Source of the DNA: Bacilli bacterium
GTDB lineage: Bacteria > Bacillota_I > Bacilli_A > RFN20 > CAG-826
DNA: 53,376 nucleotides
Direction: 5' to 3'
NCBI GenBank assembly: GCA_023268805.1
Contig: JALRKT010000005.1
Span: 2,413-55,788, forward strand
Shown: positions 20,940 through 31,010 of the stretch, piece after piece
How the letters are laid out: every line of letters begins with the position of its first letter
How positions within the stretch are numbered: the stretch's first letter is position 1
Program-made: the position numbers and the translations under genes
Notes under the pieces: model-generated
What the model was told of the DNA's origin: nothing
The model's database searches: none
Seen by the model: only the letters and a program-made list of their open reading frames with translations

Positions 20940-22526
20940 ATGAAAAATAAATTTTATATCACCACCCCCATTTATTACCCAAGTGCCAAGTTACACATTG
21001 GCCATGCGTATTCTACGACGGTCACCGATGTGTTAGCCCGTTATAAACGACTCAAAGGCGTTCCTACTTATTTTTTAACAGGAACCGATGAACACGGCCA
21101 AAAGATTCAAGAAACTGCAGAAAAAAACAGTAAAACACCGCAAGTGTTTGTCGATGATATAGTCGTGGGTATTAAAGACCTATGGGCAAAAATGCACATT
21201 TCTTATGATGATTTTATTCGCACGACCGAACCCCGTCACGAACAAAGGGTTCAAGACATTTTTTCGCAACTTCTAAAACAAGGAGATATTTACTTATCCA
21301 AATATGCAGGGTGGTATTGCACGTATTGCGAATCCTTTTGGACAGAAACCCAAGTGGGTGAGCAACACCTTTGTCCGGATTGCCAACGCCCCGTTCATTT
21401 AGAAGAAGAGGATGCTTATTTTTTCCGCATGAGTAAGTATGCCGACCGATTGGTGGAATATTACGAAAAAAATCCTTTGTTTATTACACCTGAATCGCGT
21501 AAAAACGAAATGTTGAATACGTTTATTAAGCCGGGATTAGAAGACCTTTGTGTTTCAAGAACATCCTTCACTTGGGGGGTACAAGTGAAAGAAGATCCTC
21601 GCCATGTCGTTTATGTTTGGTTAGACGCTTTAACAAACTATATTACCGCGCTTGGTTATGGTACCAAAGAGGATGAAAAATATCAGTCCTTTTGGGTAGA
21701 TCCCGAAAGTGAAATTGTGCACATTGTCGGTAGTGACATTACTCGATTCCATGTGATTTATTGGCCGATTTTTTTGATGGCGTTAGGTCTACGATTACCC
21801 GACCGCGTCGTTGCCCATGGTCTACTCATGATGAAAGATGGGAAAATGTCGAAGTCCAAAGGCAACGTCATTGACCCGCTCCCCATTATTGAAAAATACG
21901 GGGTGGATACACTTCGCTATTACATCGTCCGCGAAACCATTTTTGGCAGTGACGGTCAATTTACACCTGAACAATTTATTGAACGTACGAATATTGATTT
22001 AGTCAACGACTATGGTAATTTGTTAAATCGCACCCTTAACATGGTGAAAAAGTATTTTAATGGAGCGGTTCCTAGCAAGGTGAGTAACTATACAGAGTTT
22101 GATGATCAACTCGTAGGCTTGCTCGAAGTCACACTTTCCCAATTTGAAAACCTCATGGATCAACTCAAAGTAACGGAGGCCTACATGGTGGTTAATCAAC
22201 TCGTTTCCCGGGCGAATAAATACATTGATGAATCACAACCTTGGGTGCTTGCGAAAGACCCTGAAAAGAAGGCTCAACTCGAAACCGTCATGCATCACTT
22301 GATTGATGTATTAGTGACGGCAACCACATTATATAGCCCGATTTTGGTGGAAACTGCACCCAAAGCATATTATCAACTTGGTATCACCAATCCGCCCTCC
22401 TTTTATGTTTTAAAGAAACGTGATTATGTGGACGGATTATTGAACCAATCCCCTCAACCCTTATTCCCACGATTAGATCCAACACTTGAAATAAGCAACA
22501 TTCAATCGATGATTGTAAAAAAATAA
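20940..22526 (+). CDS. metG: Methionyl-tRNA synthetase (short form without C-terminal tRNA-binding domain)
   Basis: YITTPIYYP, HIGH, GTDEHG, two CxxC, YVWLDAL, KMSKS, ends near LFPR. Confidence 0.96.
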   Translation: MKNKFYITTPIYYPSAKLHIGHAYSTTVTDVLARYKRLKGVPTYFLTGTDEHGQKIQETAEKNSKTPQVFVDDIVVGIKDLWAKMHISYDDFIRTTEPRHEQRVQDIFSQLLKQGDIYLSKYAGWYCTYCESFWTETQVGEQHLCPDCQRPVHLEEEDAYFFRMSKYADRLVEYYEKNPLFITPESRKNEMLNTFIKPGLEDLCVSRTSFTWGVQVKEDPRHVVYVWLDALTNYITALGYGTKEDEKYQSFWVDPESEIVHIVGSDITRFHVIYWPIFLMALGLRLPDRVVAHGLLMMKDGKMSKSKGNVIDPLPIIEKYGVDTLRYYIVRETIFGSDGQFTPEQFIERTNIDLVNDYGNLLNRTLNMVKKYFNGAVPSKVSNYTEFDDQLVGLLEVTLSQFENLMDQLKVTEAYMVVNQLVSRANKYIDESQPWVLAKDPEKKAQLETVMHHLIDVLVTATTLYSPILVETAPKAYYQLGITNPPSFYVLKKRDYVDGLLNQSPQPLFPRLDPTLEISNIQSMIVKK

Positions 22527-22574
22527 AAGCGCTTACAAGAAAGTATTGAAATCGCTTTCATTTTTTACTATTCT
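22524..22574 (+). promoter_or_regulatory. Sugar-operon promoter with two LacI/CcpA(cre)-type operators
   Basis: TAAAAGCGCTTACA (22524-22537) and TGAAATCGCTTTCA (22547-22560); TTGAAA(22546)-17 nt-TATTCT(22569). Confidence 0.72.
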
Positions 22575-22616
22575 AAAAGTATCAAATCCGTAAGAAACGG
22601 AGGAAGGAAGTAGAAA

Positions 22617-23912
22617 ATGAAAAAGTTAGGCTTTTTCGCAAGTTCATTGTTAGCCGTTACTGCATTGGCTGGCTGTGGTGGATCAAGTGATTCGATTTAC
22701 ATGCTCCAAAACAAACCAGAAATCGATGCAGCGCTTCAAGCATTCGCTGAAGCTTACACCGAAGAAACCGGTGTAGAAATGAAAGTCACGTCGTGTGGTG
22801 GGGATCTTTGCCAATTAGGAACCCAACTCCAAGCTGACATCGCCGCGGGGGAAGCCCCAGACATCTTTGTTATTGATGGTATCCCAGCATACGAACAATA
22901 CGAGGATATGATTGCTGATCTTTCTGACGAACCATGGGTTGAAGACACGGATGTGGCCTTCAAAGTCGATGGTAAGGTTGTTGGTTTCCCTGTTGCCATT
23001 GAAGGTTGGGGTATGGCCTACAACAAAGACTTAATTGACGAATTTAACGCGTTACCAGGTGTGACACCTATCGATGTCACCGAACTTACCAATTATGACG
23101 CTTATGTTGCTGCCTTTGCTGCTTTAGATGCAGAAAAAGTCGCCTTAGGCATTGATTCGGTCGTTTCGATGGCAGGTGGTGCCGCGGGGATGAGTTGGGT
23201 CACCAATGACCACAACTTTAACAGTTTACTTTCTGCAGGTCTTGAATACGGTGATTTATCCGTGGTTGAAGATCTTTTAGAAGGAACCGTTGATCGTACC
23301 CGTTTAGGCTATTATGCTGACTGGGTCAACCTCCTCTTTACCTACGCAGACGAAACCGTCTTACGTACGGGTGGTTATAACGAACAAGTCGGTGCTTTCG
23401 CGGAAGAAAAAGCCGTCTTCTTACACCAAGGTAACTGGGTTGAACCATTCTTGGGTGATGCCGAAGCGACCTTCGCTCGTGGCTTTGCTCCTCATGGTGT
23501 GTTCCCAGCCAGTGTCCAAGAAACCGATGGTATCTTCGTTGCCGCTCCTTCATGGTATGTGGTGAATGCCCAAGCTCCTGAAGCGCGTCAACAATTAGCC
23601 AAAGATTTCTTAACCTACATGGCGACAACGGAAGCCGGTCATAAATACATGGTTGAAGAAGCCGGTAATATTCCTGCCTTCAAATCCGTGGAATTATCAC
23701 CCACCGCTCCTTTATCTGTCTCGGTCCAAGAATGGGCTGCAGAAGGTAAAATCTATAGCTGGAACCAATACTACTTTAACGGTGATTTCCGTTATAACGA
23801 ATTAGGTCCTATCTATACCCGCTTAGCCAATGGTGAAATTACTCCAGGACAATTTGAAACCCTCATGACCATTGCCTTAGAAGGGTATCCAGATTTCCTT
23901 GCCAACCTTTAA
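22617..23912 (+). CDS. Carbohydrate ABC transporter substrate-binding lipoprotein
   Basis: Lipobox LAGC, APDIF, DLSDEPW, GFPVAIEGWG, QGNW; SD GGAGG. Confidence 0.9.
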   Translation: MKKLGFFASSLLAVTALAGCGGSSDSIYMLQNKPEIDAALQAFAEAYTEETGVEMKVTSCGGDLCQLGTQLQADIAAGEAPDIFVIDGIPAYEQYEDMIADLSDEPWVEDTDVAFKVDGKVVGFPVAIEGWGMAYNKDLIDEFNALPGVTPIDVTELTNYDAYVAAFAALDAEKVALGIDSVVSMAGGAAGMSWVTNDHNFNSLLSAGLEYGDLSVVEDLLEGTVDRTRLGYYADWVNLLFTYADETVLRTGGYNEQVGAFAEEKAVFLHQGNWVEPFLGDAEATFARGFAPHGVFPASVQETDGIFVAAPSWYVVNAQAPEARQQLAKDFLTYMATTEAGHKYMVEEAGNIPAFKSVELSPTAPLSVSVQEWAAEGKIYSWNQYYFNGDFRYNELGPIYTRLANGEITPGQFETLMTIALEGYPDFLANL

Positions 23913-23933
23913 TTCGTAGCTAATTAGACATAC

Positions 23934-23968
23934 GAAGGAAAGGGATTTACCTCCCTTTCCTTTCTTTT
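23934..23968 (+). terminator. Internal terminator/stabilising hairpin after the binding-protein gene
   Basis: AAGGAAAGGGA/TCCCTTTCCTT stem plus TCTTTT. Confidence 0.75.
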
Positions 23969-23983
23969 GTTGGAGGATACGGT

Positions 23984-24919
23984 GTGATCAAACAATCATC
24001 AAAAATCTCATTATTTTTTAAAAAACATCAAAAATCGTTAGTTTTTTGGGGATTTCTCGCACCGGCTCTTCTTGCGTTCGTTTTTACAATTATTATTCCG
24101 TTTTTCTTGGGACTTTATTATTCCTTTACCGACTGGCGTGGTTTCGGAACCCCGGAATTCATTGGTTTTGAAAATTACATTCGTTTATTTACCGCAGGTG
24201 GGAATGAAAGCATTCGCTTTATTTATTCACTCATCATTACGTTTGTTTTTGCGGCCATCAATATTGTCTTACTTAACATTATTTCTTTCTCGCTCGCCTT
24301 GCTTGTGACCCGCGGATTAAAGTTTCAAAACTTTTATCGCGTTGGATTCTTCCTACCCAATCTCATTGGGGGTATCGTCTTAGGTTACTTATGGAAATTT
24401 ATTTTTAATAACGTCGTTCCTGATGTGACATTGCTCGCGAGTGGTGAATCCTTTTTAATGCTCGCGGATCGTAACACCGCCATCTTAGGTATCTCTTTAA
24501 CTTGGGGTTGGCAGTACGCGGGTTATCTCATGATGATTTATGTCACCGCGATTCAAAATATCCCTCAAGATATTGTGGAAGCCTCGGAGATTGATGGTGC
24601 CAAATTTATGCAACGCATTCGGCATATTATGCTACCCATGGTTGCTCCAGCCTTTACCGTGACGTTATTTTTAACCTTAATTAATTCTTTTAAGCAATTT
24701 GATGTGAACTTCGCTTTAACCGCTGGAGGTCCATCCACTGAATTCCAAGGCTTATCCTTATGGGGGACCAAACTCATCTCCATGTACATTCTTGATACGT
24801 ATCAAGTAAGTTTGAGACCTGCGCTTGCCCAAGCTCAAGCAGTCATATTTTTTATCGTATTAACACTCATATCAATCATTCAAGTGCAATATAACAAACG
24901 TAAGGAGATTGAAGCATGA
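23984..24919 (+). CDS. Carbohydrate ABC transporter permease (MalF/MsmF-like)
   Basis: YYSFTDW, FIGFENY, EAA loop EASEIDGA, LTAGGP. Confidence 0.92.
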   Translation: MIKQSSKISLFFKKHQKSLVFWGFLAPALLAFVFTIIIPFFLGLYYSFTDWRGFGTPEFIGFENYIRLFTAGGNESIRFIYSLIITFVFAAINIVLLNIISFSLALLVTRGLKFQNFYRVGFFLPNLIGGIVLGYLWKFIFNNVVPDVTLLASGESFLMLADRNTAILGISLTWGWQYAGYLMMIYVTAIQNIPQDIVEASEIDGAKFMQRIRHIMLPMVAPAFTVTLFLTLINSFKQFDVNFALTAGGPSTEFQGLSLWGTKLISMYILDTYQVSLRPALAQAQAVIFFIVLTLISIIQVQYNKRKEIEA

Positions 24920-25776
24920 CCCGTAAAAAACGAAGCACCCTCTTGCTTGAAATCCTCACGATTCTTTTGTTTGTCATTTTCTTTTCGCCGTTTGTCATAT
25001 TGTTAATGAATGCCTCGAAAGAAACTTCCTTTGAAGTGTTAACCGATCCGCTTGCGCTCACAGGAACATTCGCACAATTATTAACGAATATGGAGGAAGT
25101 CTGGACTTCTACGAACACGCAATATCAACAAGCCTTCGTTAACTCCATCATTATTACCACGGGCTCCTTGATTGCCATTGTCGTGGCATCGTCGATGGCC
25201 GCCTGGGTCCTTGTGCGAACAAAGACTAAGGTTTCCAATCTTATCTTTTTATTGTTTGTGGTCGCGATGATTATTCCGTTCCAAGTCGTTATGATTCCGC
25301 TTGTTTCATGGTTTAGAACGTTAAGGGATGTCACTGGCATTCCGTTTTTACGAAGTCATTTTGGTATGATTTTTGCGTACGTTGGGTTTGGTGCTCCGCT
25401 GTCTATCTTTATGTATCATGGTTTCATGAAATCCATTCCGTATGAACTTGAAGAAGCAGCAGAAATTGATGGGTGTAACAAAGTTCAAACGTTTATTTAC
25501 ATCGTTTTCCCCATCCTCAAACCGATTACGATTACGATTATGCTGTTGAATGGCATTTGGATTTGGAATGACTTCCTACTACCGTTATTAATCGTCGGAA
25601 AAGGCACGCCTTTCCAAACCGTTCCGTTGGCGATTGTAAACTATGTTGGCGCCTTCGTCGCCGAATACCAATTTCTCTTATCTGCCGTCTTAATTGCGAT
25701 GATTCCCGTGATTATTCTCTTCTTGTTTGCACAAAAGTATATTATTAAAGGGATGGTCGCAGGATCGATTAAATAA
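24916..25776 (+). CDS. Carbohydrate ABC transporter permease (MalG/MsmG-like)
   Basis: IPFQVVMIP, EAA loop EEAAEIDGC, WIWNDFLLP, QKYIIKGMVAGSIK. Confidence 0.92.
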   Translation: MTRKKRSTLLLEILTILLFVIFFSPFVILLMNASKETSFEVLTDPLALTGTFAQLLTNMEEVWTSTNTQYQQAFVNSIIITTGSLIAIVVASSMAAWVLVRTKTKVSNLIFLLFVVAMIIPFQVVMIPLVSWFRTLRDVTGIPFLRSHFGMIFAYVGFGAPLSIFMYHGFMKSIPYELEEAAEIDGCNKVQTFIYIVFPILKPITITIMLLNGIWIWNDFLLPLLIVGKGTPFQTVPLAIVNYVGAFVAEYQFLLSAVLIAMIPVIILFLFAQKYIIKGMVAGSIK

Positions 25777-25793
25777 CCCTTTGTGAGGAGTCT

Positions 25794-27605
25794 ATGATGG
25801 CGATTTCCCCGACGCTTTTGACTGAAATTGAAACCCTTTACCGCCGGATTTATGGTGATGAATTATTCGCAATTCACGGACGCGCTTTTTTCTCACTTCT
25901 TGAACGTTATCACTCAAAACGGCCTTCATGGTTAAAAAAGATGGACGAAAACCCTCAATGGTTTCAACAAGCCAATATGATTGGGATCACTTTATACATT
26001 GATTTATTTTCGAAGGATTTAACAGGACTTCAATCGAAAGTGGATTACTTTCAATCGATGGGTGTTCAATACATTCATCTCATGCCCTTACTAAAAGCGC
26101 GTGAAGGCAATAATGACGGTGGCTATGCGGTAGAAGATTATCAAGCCATTGAACCACGTCTGGGGGACATTGCTACCTTCCAAGACGTCATTAAAACCTA
26201 TATGGATCACGGTATTTATATCGCAATCGATTTTGTGCTCAATCACACGGCCAAAGAACATCGATGGGCTAAAAAAGCGCTTGAAGGTGATCCGTTTTAT
26301 CAGGCCTATTATTTGATGTATGACAATGAAGTGATTCCCAACGAATTCAATAAGACGGTACCCGAAGTCCTTCCCGACATTTATCCGGGTAACTTCACGT
26401 ATTATCCTGAGATTAAAAAACACGTTTTTACCTCCTTTTCGGAGTTCCAATGGGATTTAAATTTTGCGAACCCTTACGTCCTACATGACATCGTTGATAT
26501 CTTTTTATGGATGGCCGATATGGGGGTAGCGATGATTCGCCTCGATGCGATTCCCTTCTTATGGAAAGAACTTGGAACCACGTGTCGAAATTTACCCCGT
26601 GTTCACGATTTAATGCGGTTATTCCAAGCGGTAAAACAAGCGGTAGCCCCGGGCGTAGCGATTCTTGGAGAAGCGATTGTGGAACCCGAACAAATCTACC
26701 ATTACTTTGGTACAGAAAAACAACCCGAATGCGATGTTCTTTATAACGCGATTTCCATGGTGAATATTTGGGATGCCATCGCCACACGTGATACGCGGAT
26801 GATGGCCCATGAACTAACGCGCTTTCCTGCGCCCAAACACGCAACATGGATGAATTATGTCCGCTGCCATGATGATATTGGTTGGGGGTTTAATGAAGAT
26901 TTTATTCGTTCGACAGGAAGAGACCCTTATTTGCATAAACATTATTTGATTTCTTTTTTTAATGGGTCATTCCCCTATTCCTTTGCCCGTGGCCAAAACT
27001 ACCAAGAAAATGCCAAAACGGGTGATGCGCGTACAAACGGGACCCTTTCTGCGCTTTTAGGGTTTGAAGAAGCGATGGAAATCGGTCACCCGGAAATGAT
27101 CGAAAGAGCTTTTTTACGCTTTGAACTCATCCACAAGCTTTTATTTACGCTCCCCGGTATGCCTTTGATCTATTCCGGGGATGAATGGTTACAACCGAAT
27201 GATAAAAATCATGCTGATAAACCCGGTAAAAAAGATGGCCGGTGGATGCATCGACCTGTCTTTGCCTGGGAAAAAGTTCAGCATCCCGAAAAATATCCGC
27301 TTGAATCGCGTGCGTTTACATGGTTAAACACGTTGATTCGTTTTCGCCAAACCGAAGCCCGTTTTTCAAACCAAGCATCCTTTCAGGTGCTTCCAAGCAC
27401 AGAGGATGCGGTCTTAATCCTCCAACGCGATGAGGAAAAACCATTGATTGCCATTTTTAACTTTTCTGAATTCCCGAAAATGATTCATCTCCCGACCGGT
27501 CAAGGATCACTCGTTTTAACGGATCCTTTCACGTTAAAAACCAAAAACGTTTTTGACGGTCAATGTCATCTTGATCCATACGAATCGTGCTTTTTTAATC
27601 TTTGA
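25794..27605 (+). CDS. GH13 amylosucrase/sucrose hydrolase-like alpha-glucosidase
   Basis: HLMPLL, DGGYAV, DFVLNHT, RLDAIPFLWK (nucleophile), EAIV (acid/base), YVRCHDDIGW. Confidence 0.88.
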   Translation: MMAISPTLLTEIETLYRRIYGDELFAIHGRAFFSLLERYHSKRPSWLKKMDENPQWFQQANMIGITLYIDLFSKDLTGLQSKVDYFQSMGVQYIHLMPLLKAREGNNDGGYAVEDYQAIEPRLGDIATFQDVIKTYMDHGIYIAIDFVLNHTAKEHRWAKKALEGDPFYQAYYLMYDNEVIPNEFNKTVPEVLPDIYPGNFTYYPEIKKHVFTSFSEFQWDLNFANPYVLHDIVDIFLWMADMGVAMIRLDAIPFLWKELGTTCRNLPRVHDLMRLFQAVKQAVAPGVAILGEAIVEPEQIYHYFGTEKQPECDVLYNAISMVNIWDAIATRDTRMMAHELTRFPAPKHATWMNYVRCHDDIGWGFNEDFIRSTGRDPYLHKHYLISFFNGSFPYSFARGQNYQENAKTGDARTNGTLSALLGFEEAMEIGHPEMIERAFLRFELIHKLLFTLPGMPLIYSGDEWLQPNDKNHADKPGKKDGRWMHRPVFAWEKVQHPEKYPLESRAFTWLNTLIRFRQTEARFSNQASFQVLPSTEDAVLILQRDEEKPLIAIFNFSEFPKMIHLPTGQGSLVLTDPFTLKTKNVFDGQCHLDPYESCFFNL

Positions 27606-29673
27606 TATGACTTTGAATGGATGGAAGTTCATCCATGGATAGTTCAAGTGTCTCGCTGTGTTGTGGTGTGATTTTATCAATCACTTTAAAGGGAGTATTT
27701 TTTAAGACAAAATAAAGATGATCAAACGTTACAAAATAAGGATAAATGACATCCGATTCGGGAAAGGAAGCCCCGCGTTTTTCACGAAGTGCTTTTTGTA
27801 TCGCCCCTAAGCTTTCAAAGGTCGTAATGCGGACATCTTCATTGGTTTCTTCATGACGGATCACTCCATGTGTAATGAAATCATTCAACGGCATTGGGAT
27901 ATAGCCTTGAGATAACGCAAATGCAGATTGCCGTAGATGCTCTTGTTGGGCTAATAAGGAACGAGGTGTGATTTTTTTGGGGAAATATTTGGCAATATCC
28001 GCATCATTTCTCGCACGCAAGTGATCAAGATTTTCTGGTCGTAATTGCAGCGGATCATACGCTTCAAGGTATCGCCGTTCCGAGATGCCCTTGTCTTGTT
28101 GGACTAAATCAAAACCCATCAAATTTAAGCGAAAACGAATACTGACTGCTTCATAGAGGTATGCCTTCTTTTCTTGGAATTGAAGGCGATCAAAGTTATC
28201 TTTTGGGTGGAGTAAGGAAAAAATATTTTCCGCCATGGTTGTCAAAGTTGGACTCGTAATATGGCGGAGATTATAAATCGCATCGCCTTGGCCTAGTACA
28301 TGGACAAATGAATCTTGAAATAATTGACTATGATCTGCGTACGACTTATTCATCAACTGGACAAAAACTGTCACTTTGGAATGAAGTTTAAATTTTAAAA
28401 CATAATCACGAATTTCTTGTAAGACTTGTAAATTTTCTAAATCCGAATCGAGGGCAATGATCACAAATTGGGCATCATGTTTTTGATTTAAAAAAGGCAA
28501 CATTCCCTCAATATAATGTTGAACGGTATGCGTGTGCGTTTGTGAAGAAAGATTGGGTGAAGGAAGTTCGTTTTTATTCGCCTTTTGTGCGCGATTCAAG
28601 GTCGTTTTAGATTCGGGAATGGGTCGACGATCATAGAGGTGATAATGAAGTGGCTCCTTGCCAAACCAATCACTCAATAACGAGCTTGATGGGTTAGGAA
28701 ATTGGTTCGTCGTATAGAGATGTTGATAGATTGCTTGATTCGTTAAACCATAACCCACCAAGTGATAGGCGATGGAAGCTTTTTTTAAGGACGCTTTTTC
28801 CGTTTGAATCATCCCATAAGGAAGTAGGCGTGTGAGGGGGTAATCAAATAAAAAGCTTCTGGCGACAAGTTGATGATAAGAAAAGAAATTGATGCGATGG
28901 CGATACTCACTAAACGATTCATAGACAGGAAGTCGGACTTCTTGATCGTAAAGAACATAAACTTTTAACGCACTGGAAGAGTGTTTTCGAAAATACGTAT
29001 TGAGTTGCGCGATTAATGTTAAAACGTCTTCCTCTTTGGTGAGGAGGCTTACGATATAGGATTGGGACTCATTGCCAAGAAGATGGGCAAGCGATTGATG
29101 CTGAACATCAAAACTGGTCACCCCTGGTTTATAACGATAGTTGGTTTTGATTTCTTTGCTTTGAAGAAGTGTTTTGCTTAACGCGACATTAATCTTTAAT
29201 TTATTATGGCGAGACAATGAGGTGGCGTCAAACGATTCCATAAAATATTTTATGCGATCATCGTCGGCGAGAACTAACACATGAGGACGTGATTTTTGTA
29301 GGTGAAATCGCATTCTTAAATTGAGGTTTTTGAAGAAAATGGCAAAGACGAGGATGTATGTATAACCAAATCCCAGGACGTGAATAGCGTAGGCAGAAAT
29401 CAAGAATAATAAATCATTATTAATCCTAGGCATAATTTCGGAGGTGCGAAAAATACCACGTAAGATTTGCGATGTATTGCCAAATGCTTTTAAGACAACA
29501 TCCAAATAGTTCGGGGTGGGATCTTGGTAAATGAGCCCATACGTATACAAGGCGACACCCAGAACAATAATTGCACCAAAGTAATAATATTTATATTTGG
29601 ATAAATCCAAAAAGAGAATGGACCCGATGAGCACCATCGTCAGCACAAATAAAAGGACCGAGATTAAATCCAT
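27595..29673 (-). CDS. Membrane protein with N-terminal TM helices, RCK/TrkA-N-like Rossmann regions and degenerate RyR-like C-terminal domain
   Basis: 3 TM segments, LVGYGLTN and IIALDSDLEN Rossmann-like motifs, LAQQEHLRQSA...GY resembling the RyR motif LAxxEHxRWxA...GW. Confidence 0.6.
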   Translation of the reverse strand: MDLISVLLFVLTMVLIGSILFLDLSKYKYYYFGAIIVLGVALYTYGLIYQDPTPNYLDVVLKAFGNTSQILRGIFRTSEIMPRINNDLLFLISAYAIHVLGFGYTYILVFAIFFKNLNLRMRFHLQKSRPHVLVLADDDRIKYFMESFDATSLSRHNKLKINVALSKTLLQSKEIKTNYRYKPGVTSFDVQHQSLAHLLGNESQSYIVSLLTKEEDVLTLIAQLNTYFRKHSSSALKVYVLYDQEVRLPVYESFSEYRHRINFFSYHQLVARSFLFDYPLTRLLPYGMIQTEKASLKKASIAYHLVGYGLTNQAIYQHLYTTNQFPNPSSSLLSDWFGKEPLHYHLYDRRPIPESKTTLNRAQKANKNELPSPNLSSQTHTHTVQHYIEGMLPFLNQKHDAQFVIIALDSDLENLQVLQEIRDYVLKFKLHSKVTVFVQLMNKSYADHSQLFQDSFVHVLGQGDAIYNLRHITSPTLTTMAENIFSLLHPKDNFDRLQFQEKKAYLYEAVSIRFRLNLMGFDLVQQDKGISERRYLEAYDPLQLRPENLDHLRARNDADIAKYFPKKITPRSLLAQQEHLRQSAFALSQGYIPMPLNDFITHGVIRHEETNEDVRITTFESLGAIQKALREKRGASFPESDVIYPYFVTFDHLYFVLKNTPFKVIDKITPQHSETLELSMDELPSIQSHIKD

Positions 29674-30977
29674 TGAAACACCCCGTTTAATTGAACCCCA
29701 AGATAGATAATTAGTCCAAGGATAATTAATACAATTAACACTTTCCAGTTTCGAAGGATGAAGCGAATCATCTTAATGAGAACACCGCCTGCACCAAAGA
29801 TAAATTTAAAGGGAGCAACAACCGTTTGAAGGATTTGTTTCAAAACGCGCTTAAAACGATTGCGTAAACGGGGGAGTTGGCTTTTTTTGTCGGATTCATA
29901 AACCATGCTTGCAACAGGGACCGCATAACGATGGCCTTTTTGCTGATAGGTTAGGTTATAAATGGCAATATTTTTCAAGGTCGTGATGTCAAAATCAAAC
30001 ATGTATTTTTTTCCGCGTTGAAACGTCTCTTCACTGAGACGATAGCCAAGTTTTTGACCGATGACTAAAGCGTAAGTATAGTTTTTAGTTTCCGTACGAT
30101 CCATTTTCACTTGATTCGAGATTTTATAAATAGAATCAAATTGATAGGCTTTGTAGGTGAAAAAGTTTTGAATCATATTCCAAGCAGATTTTTCGCCGCT
30201 TTCAATGAGGCGAGGTTCTTTTTTGACGATTTCTTTTTTTGGAGTGGTAATGGTTTCACCGGCAGTACGAGGATTAATTTTTTCGTGTTTATCAGAAAGA
30301 GTGGCTTGATAAACATAACGAAGCTCATCGTACTTCACACGCATTTCAAGAATGTCTTCAGGAACAAAATAATGTTGTTTTTCATGATCAAACAAGTTAA
30401 AGGCGACGTAATAAAGTTTTAGAAACCGACTTTTGATATTTGCCACATCTTTATAGAGAAAAAGGCGACCGAGGACGTCATAAAACTTATCTTGAATTGT
30501 CGTCATATCAATAACTTCGTGAAAGAGTTCGCCGACTAATTCGATGGTGAAATAACGTTTTGAATCATAAAAATATTGATTATCATAGATACCAAAGACA
30601 TGTTCTTCGTGAACCTGTTTGGTGGTGCGCGTGAGACTGTCATCTAAAAACGCATAATGCGTTATTTTTAATGTTCCTGCGCGAAAACGTAAAGGGATAT
30701 GATACTTATGAACAAAACCATCTGCGTCTGCGAATTGACACCCATACGTTTTACCTTGGATGGTGATTTCAGATAGGCGTTGGCCAACGACGGGCAAATA
30801 GTAAAAAATGACCAATTCTTTCTGGTTCGAAAATAACGCTAAAATTGTCGCTTCAACCATCGAACCTTTTTTGCTGCGATAGGTCGAAAGATCTAAATGG
30901 AGCAAAATCGCATCTTCATGAATGGGAGAATAACGATCTAACTTATATTTTGAAATTAAGTCGGTATTACGTTTCAT
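29664..30977 (-). CDS. Hypothetical protein with C-terminal membrane anchor
   Basis: 437-aa ORF, basic amphipathic stretch then a single TM at the C-terminus; overlaps the next gene by 10 nt. Confidence 0.75.
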   Translation of the reverse strand: MKRNTDLISKYKLDRYSPIHEDAILLHLDLSTYRSKKGSMVEATILALFSNQKELVIFYYLPVVGQRLSEITIQGKTYGCQFADADGFVHKYHIPLRFRAGTLKITHYAFLDDSLTRTTKQVHEEHVFGIYDNQYFYDSKRYFTIELVGELFHEVIDMTTIQDKFYDVLGRLFLYKDVANIKSRFLKLYYVAFNLFDHEKQHYFVPEDILEMRVKYDELRYVYQATLSDKHEKINPRTAGETITTPKKEIVKKEPRLIESGEKSAWNMIQNFFTYKAYQFDSIYKISNQVKMDRTETKNYTYALVIGQKLGYRLSEETFQRGKKYMFDFDITTLKNIAIYNLTYQQKGHRYAVPVASMVYESDKKSQLPRLRNRFKRVLKQILQTVVAPFKFIFGAGGVLIKMIRFILRNWKVLIVLIILGLIIYLGVQLNGVFQWI

Positions 30978-31010
30978 AGTTCAATTATACTTGATAATAG
31001 GAGACCGGAA

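Noticed and set aside
30225-30285. KINPRTAGETITTP in the 437-aa protein resembles the HU/IHF DNA-binding arm
   Set aside because: Short match only; the flanking HU helices and the GFGxF motif are absent
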